Below are positions 58,955 to 64,000 of a stretch of 64,000 bases of DNA, piece after piece. Position numbers and translations under genes: made by a program. Positions within the stretch are counted from its first letter, which is position 1; every line of letters starts with the position of its first letter. Location: NCBI GenBank assembly GCA_965223325.1, contig CBDCWI010000002.1, positions 1,248,001 through 1,312,000 of the forward strand. Reading direction: 5' to 3'. The notes beneath the pieces were generated by a model. It made no database searches. It was not told where the DNA came from and saw only the letters and a list, made by a program, of their open reading frames with translations. This DNA comes from Candidatus Multivoradales bacterium. GTDB taxonomy: Bacteria; Acidobacteriota; Thermoanaerobaculia; Multivoradales; Multivoraceae.

Positions 58955-59407
58955 ATGACTGACAGCATCGAGAGCCCAGGCCTGGTTTTGATCGTCGACG
59001 ACGAGCCGACCGTCCTCAACGTCACCAAACAGGTCGTCCAGCGGGCGGGCTTCAATTCCGTCACGGCGACCAGCGGCTTCGAGGCCATTGCCACCCTCGA
59101 AGAGGCCCCGATGGCCATCCAGTGCGTGCTTCTGGACATGAGCATGCCCGAGATGGACGGCGCACAGACCTTTCGCGAGCTCCGCAGGCTGAGAGCCGAC
59201 CTGCCCATCGTCCTGGTGAGCGGCTACCCCGATCTCGAGTCCGAACCTTGCTTTGCGACCGACAAGCCTTTCGCTTTCCTGCAGAAACCCTTCTCGATTG
59301 CTCAGATCGACGACGTGCTGCGGCGCGCCATCGAGGCCGGGAACCGCAGCGGACACCCGCGCAGCCCTTCGTCAGACGCCAGTAGCGAACGCCACGCGCG
59401 CGCCTGA
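58955..59407 (+). CDS. Single-domain response regulator (receiver only)
   Basis: LIVDDE, LLDMSMPEMDG, VSGY, FLQKPF motifs. Confidence 0.9.
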   Translation: MTDSIESPGLVLIVDDEPTVLNVTKQVVQRAGFNSVTATSGFEAIATLEEAPMAIQCVLLDMSMPEMDGAQTFRELRRLRADLPIVLVSGYPDLESEPCFATDKPFAFLQKPFSIAQIDDVLRRAIEAGNRSGHPRSPSSDASSERHARA

Positions 59408-59465
59408 ATAGGGCTTCTGATAGGGCTTCTGATAGAGCTTCTGATAGGGCTTCTGATAGGGCTTC
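59408..59465. repeat. 12-bp tandem repeat (ATAGGGCTTCTG), about 4.8 copies
   Basis: Copies start at 59408, 59420, 59432 (one G>A change), 59444 and 59456 (partial). Confidence 0.95.
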
Positions 59466-59682
59466 GAGCCTCGGTCTCGTTCGAGACCCACGACCCGGAA
59501 CATCGAAAGATGCCCTGGGCGTTACACGGCACTCTGATTGTGGCCAACCGCAGGCAAACTCGAGGTCATCTTCTGGCGACCGCTAAAAGTCGCGGCCCCT
59601 ATGGTTAGGATTCTTCTCCCGGCTGTCTACCGGCAGGAGGCGGCCTTCGTATCAACGGAGGCTGCGAGGAGGACCAAGATCG

Positions 59683-60432
59683 ATGACCACCCCAAAAAGC
59701 GAGCAGTCCACCACCACCCAGGGCCGCGCTGCGAGCGCCGGCACGGTAGCCCTGGTCGACGACGAAGCGACATTGCGCGAAACCGTCTCCTTCGCACTCG
59801 AGCGCCACGGTTTCCAGGTCGACACCTATGTCGACGGCCAGGAGGCCTGGGAACGCTTTCAAGAAGAGCTTCCCGATGTCGCCATCCTCGACGTGACCAT
59901 GCCGAGAATGGACGGGCTGGAGCTGTGCAGGCGCCTACGCTCGATCTCGGAGCGCCTGCCGATTCTCTTTCTGACCTCTCGCGACGAGGAGTTCGATCGC
60001 GTGCTCGGTCTCGAACTGGGTGCCGACGACTACCTCTGTAAGCCTTTCTCGATGCGCGAGCTCGAAGCCCGCGTCAAAGTCGTCTTCCGCCGTCTCGCAT
60101 TGTCCCGCGAGCCAATTCCCGATGACGAGACGTTGACACTCGGCGACGTCACCCTCGACCTTCAGCGGTACCAGACGCGCCTCGGCGGTGAACTCGTTCC
60201 ACTCACCATCACCGAGTTCCTGCTGGTCAAGGCCCTCGTTCAGAACCCCGGGCACGTCAAGACGCGCGCCCAGCTGATGAACGCGGCCTACGAACACGAC
60301 ACCTACGTCAGCGAGCGCACCATCGACAGTCATGTGAAACGGCTGCGCAAGAAGTTCACCGATCTAGACGCTGAATTCGACCTCATTGAAACGGTCTACG
60401 GCCTCGGCTACCGGGTGCGCACCGAAACGTGA
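59683..60432 (+). CDS. OmpR-family response regulator, ChvI-like
   Basis: LVDDE, LDVTMPRMDG, FLTSRDEEFD, GADDY, RTIDSHVKRLRKKF..IETVYGLGY. Confidence 0.92.
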   Translation: MTTPKSEQSTTTQGRAASAGTVALVDDEATLRETVSFALERHGFQVDTYVDGQEAWERFQEELPDVAILDVTMPRMDGLELCRRLRSISERLPILFLTSRDEEFDRVLGLELGADDYLCKPFSMRELEARVKVVFRRLALSREPIPDDETLTLGDVTLDLQRYQTRLGGELVPLTITEFLLVKALVQNPGHVKTRAQLMNAAYEHDTYVSERTIDSHVKRLRKKFTDLDAEFDLIETVYGLGYRVRTET

Positions 60433-60457
60433 GGCCACGCTCTTCTCCAGTCGTCGT

Positions 60458-62053
60458 ATGACCCGCCTGGGCGAGGCACTCGAGCGCCTGCGGGTCGCTC
60501 TCTCGAGGATCTGGCTGCGCCTCCTGGCGTTCAATGTGCTGCTGGTCTTTCTGCCGCTGGCCGCAGTCTTCACGCTGCAGGTCTACGAAGATCAGCTGCT
60601 CGACCGTCAGGAGCAGGCGATGGCGCAGCAGGGGCGCCTGATCGCAGCGGCGCTCGGCGAATCAGGGCCCGTCGATGAGCGCCAGGCGCGGGAGTTGCTG
60701 CGCAAGCTCGAAGGTCGCACCCGTGCCCGTCTGCGAATCCTCGATGCCACGGGTCGCCTGCTCGCCGACACCAGTCAGCTCGGGCCGAGTTCGCCGACGG
60801 ACTCCCCGCCAGCTGCCGAGACGGAGAAACAGGACGCTCCCGAAGAGAGCCTGCTCTACCGCATCGGTGCCTCTCCGTTCCGTTTTCGCCAACGCTTCAA
60901 ACCCAGCCCTCCGGTGGCGGCCAGCGATGGCTACTCTCCCAATCAACCCTTCGACGGCCCAGAGGTCGAGCGCGCCCTCTCTGGAGCGTACGGTGCGGAC
61001 ACCCGCCTGACCCCTGGACAGCGTTCGGTGACCCTCTACAGCGCCATTCCGATTCGCGACGACCACCGCGTCGTTGGCGTGGCCCTGGTGTCGCAATCGA
61101 CGTTTTCGATCTTGCAAGACCTCTACGAAGTCCGCCTACAGGTCTTCAAGATCTTCCTGTTCTCGATCGCCGCGGCCTCGATCCTGAGCCTGGTTGTCGC
61201 GACGACCATCGCACGGCCCCTGCGGCGCCTGCGGCAGGAGACCGGCTCACTCATGGATGCCCGCGGTCGTCTGACCGGGGCGTTTGCTGAAAGCCGCCGC
61301 CGCGACGAGATCGGTGATCTGACGCGGGCGTTGCGTGAATTGTCGCGTCGGCTGGGCGAACATCAGGAACGGACTCGCAGCTTCGCAGCTGATCTGTCGC
61401 ACGAGTTCAAGAACCCGCTGGCTTCGATCCGGAGTGCCGCCGAGGTCCTTGACGTCGCCGAGAACGACCGCGAGCGCGAGCGTTTCCTCGAGATGATCAG
61501 GAGCGATACTGCGCGACTGGAGCGCCTCTTGACGTCGCTCCGCGACCTCTCGGTCATCGACGCCGGCGCCGACGCTCGTGACTCCAGCCGGATCTCGTTC
61601 GCCCGGCTCAGTGAGCCGATCGTCGAAGGATGGCGCGCGCGTCAGGGGCGCGGCCGCGAGGTTCGGCTGAGGTCCGACGGCCCGGAGCCCTGGGCGCAGT
61701 TCTCGGCCGACTATTTCGCCCAGGTCCTCGACAACCTCCTCGACAATGCGGCGTCGTTCTCGCCACCGGACGCTCCGATCGAAGTCGAGACCGCCGTCGC
61801 CGGCAACTGGTCTGAGCTCTCGGTTCGCGATCACGGTCCCGGCATCCCCGACCAGCACCTCGACCGGGTCTTCGACCGCTTCTTCACCTATCGTCCGGGC
61901 GAGGAACCTCGCGCCGACGAGCCCGACGAGCACTCGGGGCTCGGCCTGGCGATCGTCAAATCGATCATCGAAAGCCACGGCGGACAGGTCACCGTCGAAA
62001 ACGCGCAGGGCGGCGGGGCGCGCTTTACGATCCGCCTGCCCCGTGCGACCTGA
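60458..62053 (+). CDS. Sensor histidine kinase, ChvG-like
   Basis: Two TM helices, HAMP (RRDEIGDL), H-box HEFKNPLASI, NLLDNA.SFSP, DHGPGI, GLGL. Confidence 0.92.
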   Translation: MTRLGEALERLRVALSRIWLRLLAFNVLLVFLPLAAVFTLQVYEDQLLDRQEQAMAQQGRLIAAALGESGPVDERQARELLRKLEGRTRARLRILDATGRLLADTSQLGPSSPTDSPPAAETEKQDAPEESLLYRIGASPFRFRQRFKPSPPVAASDGYSPNQPFDGPEVERALSGAYGADTRLTPGQRSVTLYSAIPIRDDHRVVGVALVSQSTFSILQDLYEVRLQVFKIFLFSIAAASILSLVVATTIARPLRRLRQETGSLMDARGRLTGAFAESRRRDEIGDLTRALRELSRRLGEHQERTRSFAADLSHEFKNPLASIRSAAEVLDVAENDRERERFLEMIRSDTARLERLLTSLRDLSVIDAGADARDSSRISFARLSEPIVEGWRARQGRGREVRLRSDGPEPWAQFSADYFAQVLDNLLDNAASFSPPDAPIEVETAVAGNWSELSVRDHGPGIPDQHLDRVFDRFFTYRPGEEPRADEPDEHSGLGLAIVKSIIESHGGQVTVENAQGGGARFTIRLPRAT

Positions 62054-62247
62054 ACCCCTCCCGAGTCCACGACGCGCCCCCCGGCCACGACACCCACCCG
62101 GGGACTCCGCCCTTGCCTCGAGAACTCCGTTCTCTTGGGTTTCAAAGCAATATTTGTTAATATCTATATTTCTCCGGGAGCGGGCCCGTAGCCCGTTCGA
62201 TCCCTCCCCCGCCCAGGAAACGGCCCGAGTCCTCACAGACGGAATCC

Positions 62248-62982
62248 ATGATCATGCTCGAACCACGCCTCGCTCTGACCTTCCTGTTGTTGGCCGGAGC
62301 CGCTTCGCTCGCCGCCGCTGACCACCTGGTGCTCATCGACGGCTCGGTCATGGAGACCAAAGGACCCTGGAAGCTCGAGGGGAACCGCGTCACCTTCACC
62401 AACTCCACCGGGGTCAAGAGCGTCGTGCGCGCATCGAACGTCGACCTCGAGGCATCACGAACCTACGAGCAGCGCATGGCCGAGGAGTACGCGCGTCGGG
62501 CAGCCGCAGCCGAGGCCGCTTCCAGCGCCATCGAGAGGCGCCCGGTCAACGTCGTAGAAGTCGCCGCGCGGCAGCCAGAGGCGCCGCACCGCCAGCAGGG
62601 AGTGATCGCCAACGAAGTCGTCATGAACGAACGGGGCAGCACCGTGGCGCTCGGCCAGCTCAGCAAGGACCTCGGGATCCGGGTCTTCCCATCTGACGAG
62701 CCCGGCGAAGCAGCGCGCCTAGAGGGCCTGACCCGTCAATACCTCAATCGCACTCTCGCCATCGTCTCGCGCTTTGACTACGAGAAGGGGTTGGGCGCAG
62801 TGCGAGATGCCGAACCGGAACTGCGTGAGGTCGCAGGGGCCGCTCGGCAAAGGGCAGCTCGCGAACCCGAGTACATTCGCGACGGTCTCGAGCAACTCGC
62901 CGATGCACTCGACCGACTCGCGACGATGGCGGTACGCAACAAACGTGGTTTCGCGAAGTTGATCGGCCCGCACGTCGGGTAG
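62248..62982 (+). CDS. Secreted hypothetical protein
   Basis: Signal peptide LLLAGAASLAAA; small beta domain followed by a helical domain. Confidence 0.7.
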   Translation: MIMLEPRLALTFLLLAGAASLAAADHLVLIDGSVMETKGPWKLEGNRVTFTNSTGVKSVVRASNVDLEASRTYEQRMAEEYARRAAAAEAASSAIERRPVNVVEVAARQPEAPHRQQGVIANEVVMNERGSTVALGQLSKDLGIRVFPSDEPGEAARLEGLTRQYLNRTLAIVSRFDYEKGLGAVRDAEPELREVAGAARQRAAREPEYIRDGLEQLADALDRLATMAVRNKRGFAKLIGPHVG

Positions 62983-63020
62983 CTGGGGCAACACGCCACC
63001 TTGGTGTAGCCTCGCGCCCT

Positions 63021-63434
63021 ATGCCAACGCTACTCCGCGGTGTGCGCGGCGCAACCCGTCTGAGCGAGGACTCGCGTGAAGCACTGCTGGTCGCTACCGG
63101 CGAGCTGCTCCTCTTGATGGTGCGAGAGAACGACATCAAGCCCGAAGACGTCGCCAGCGCCTGGTTCACCACCACGCCCGATCTGGTCGCCGAGTATCCC
63201 GCACTGGCGGCGCGCAAGCTCGGTTGGAAGGACGTACCGCTGCTCTGCGCTCACGAGATGAATGTGCCCCACGGCCTCGCGCAGTGCGTGCGTATCCTCT
63301 TGCACTGGAACACAGCGGTTGCGCAGGCAGACATTCGACACGTCTACATTCGAGGCGCCGAGGTGCTGCGGCCGGACAATCTCGATCTCTATGACGTGCC
63401 GGAGGTGGCCGAGGTACCCTTCGATCTCGATTGA
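63021..63434 (+). CDS. aroH: Chorismate mutase, AroH class
   Basis: LRGVRGAT, FTTTPDL..YPA..AR, VPLLCAHEM.VP, RHVYI.GA..LRPD motifs. Confidence 0.92.
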   Translation: MPTLLRGVRGATRLSEDSREALLVATGELLLLMVRENDIKPEDVASAWFTTTPDLVAEYPALAARKLGWKDVPLLCAHEMNVPHGLAQCVRILLHWNTAVAQADIRHVYIRGAEVLRPDNLDLYDVPEVAEVPFDLD

Positions 63435-63451
63435 TCGGCGCAAGTTCAGAG

Positions 63452-64000
63452 CTAGTCGCGCAGCTCGGGGTACGTGTACCAGTAGGCGATCTCGGGTTCT
63501 TCCTTGGTCATCACTTCGAGTACTGCGGGACGACCTTCGCGAGTTGCGGCATGGGCACGCTCGAAGGCAGCCACCAGGTCTGTTGGATCGTCGACCCGCT
63601 CCGACCAGGCACCGAGGCCCGAGGCGACGCGCTGATAGTCACCACTCAGGTACTTGGTGCCGAAGCGCTCCGAGGCGACCGGAATGTTCTTCTCGTAGTT
63701 CCCCATCGCCTGATTGTTCAAGAGCACCGTCATGATCGGAATCTTCTCGCGCACGGCGGTCTCGAGATCCATCCCGACCATGCCAAAGGCAGCGTCACCC
63801 ATGAAGTTGACCACCAACTTGTCGGGGCAGGCGAGCTTTGCACCCATCGCACAGCCGAGCGAGAAACCGAGTTGGGTCGAGTGCCCCCAGCCGATGTAGC
63901 CGCGCGGGCTGGTGGCTTGATAGATCGGCACCAGTTGGTCGCGAGAGCCACCGGACTCATGGGTCACGATGATGTCGTCGGGATCGAAGGTCTCCATGAA
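63452..64000 (-). CDS. Thiamine-pyrophosphate-dependent enzyme, C-terminal part (N-terminus outside the window)
   Basis: TPP motif GDAAFGM...LLNN; GAKLA.PDKLVV. Confidence 0.88.
   Translation of the reverse strand, partial: FMETFDPDDIIVTHESGGSRDQLVPIYQATSPRGYIGWGHSTQLGFSLGCAMGAKLACPDKLVVNFMGDAAFGMVGMDLETAVREKIPIMTVLLNNQAMGNYEKNIPVASERFGTKYLSGDYQRVASGLGAWSERVDDPTDLVAAFERAHAATREGRPAVLEVMTKEEPEIAYWYTYPELRD

Noticed and set aside
59408-59465. Possible CRISPR array
   Set aside because: The 12-bp units are directly adjacent with no spacers, and no cas genes are present.

Overview
High-GC bacterial chromosomal window, inferred to be Acidobacteriota because it opens with an acidobacterial-type PadR plus ADOP-like permease. 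I found no rRNA, tRNA, CRISPR array or transposase. From left to right it holds: padR/permease; a MarR-controlled desaturase-methyltransferase fusion; flavin/F420-type and acyl-CoA catabolic genes; a six-gene export operon; a GH1 with a substituted nucleophile; a sigma-54 activator; a 10-kb minus-strand respiratory cluster; a fabG-fabF-ACP-acyltransferase cassette; a FolP-FolB-FolK triple fusion; TolC-EmrAB; a ChvI/ChvG-like two-component pair; and AroH. Two candidate undescribed systems stand out. (1) At 14.7-27.8 kb is a hybrid ABC/RND exporter in which an RND-like subunit is fused to an intact ABC ATPase, next to an ABC permease carrying a degenerate M1-peptidase-like domain. (2) At 36.0-46.3 kb a B-family (ba3-type) oxidase, a low-potential-type Rieske/cytochrome b, a membrane-anchored octaheme HAO-like cytochrome, NapA, a duplicated tetraheme NapB and a porin are co-oriented, with no napC/napGH/napD or nrfA in the window. 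All calls come from motif recognition by eye. No database searches were run, so novelty is unverified.
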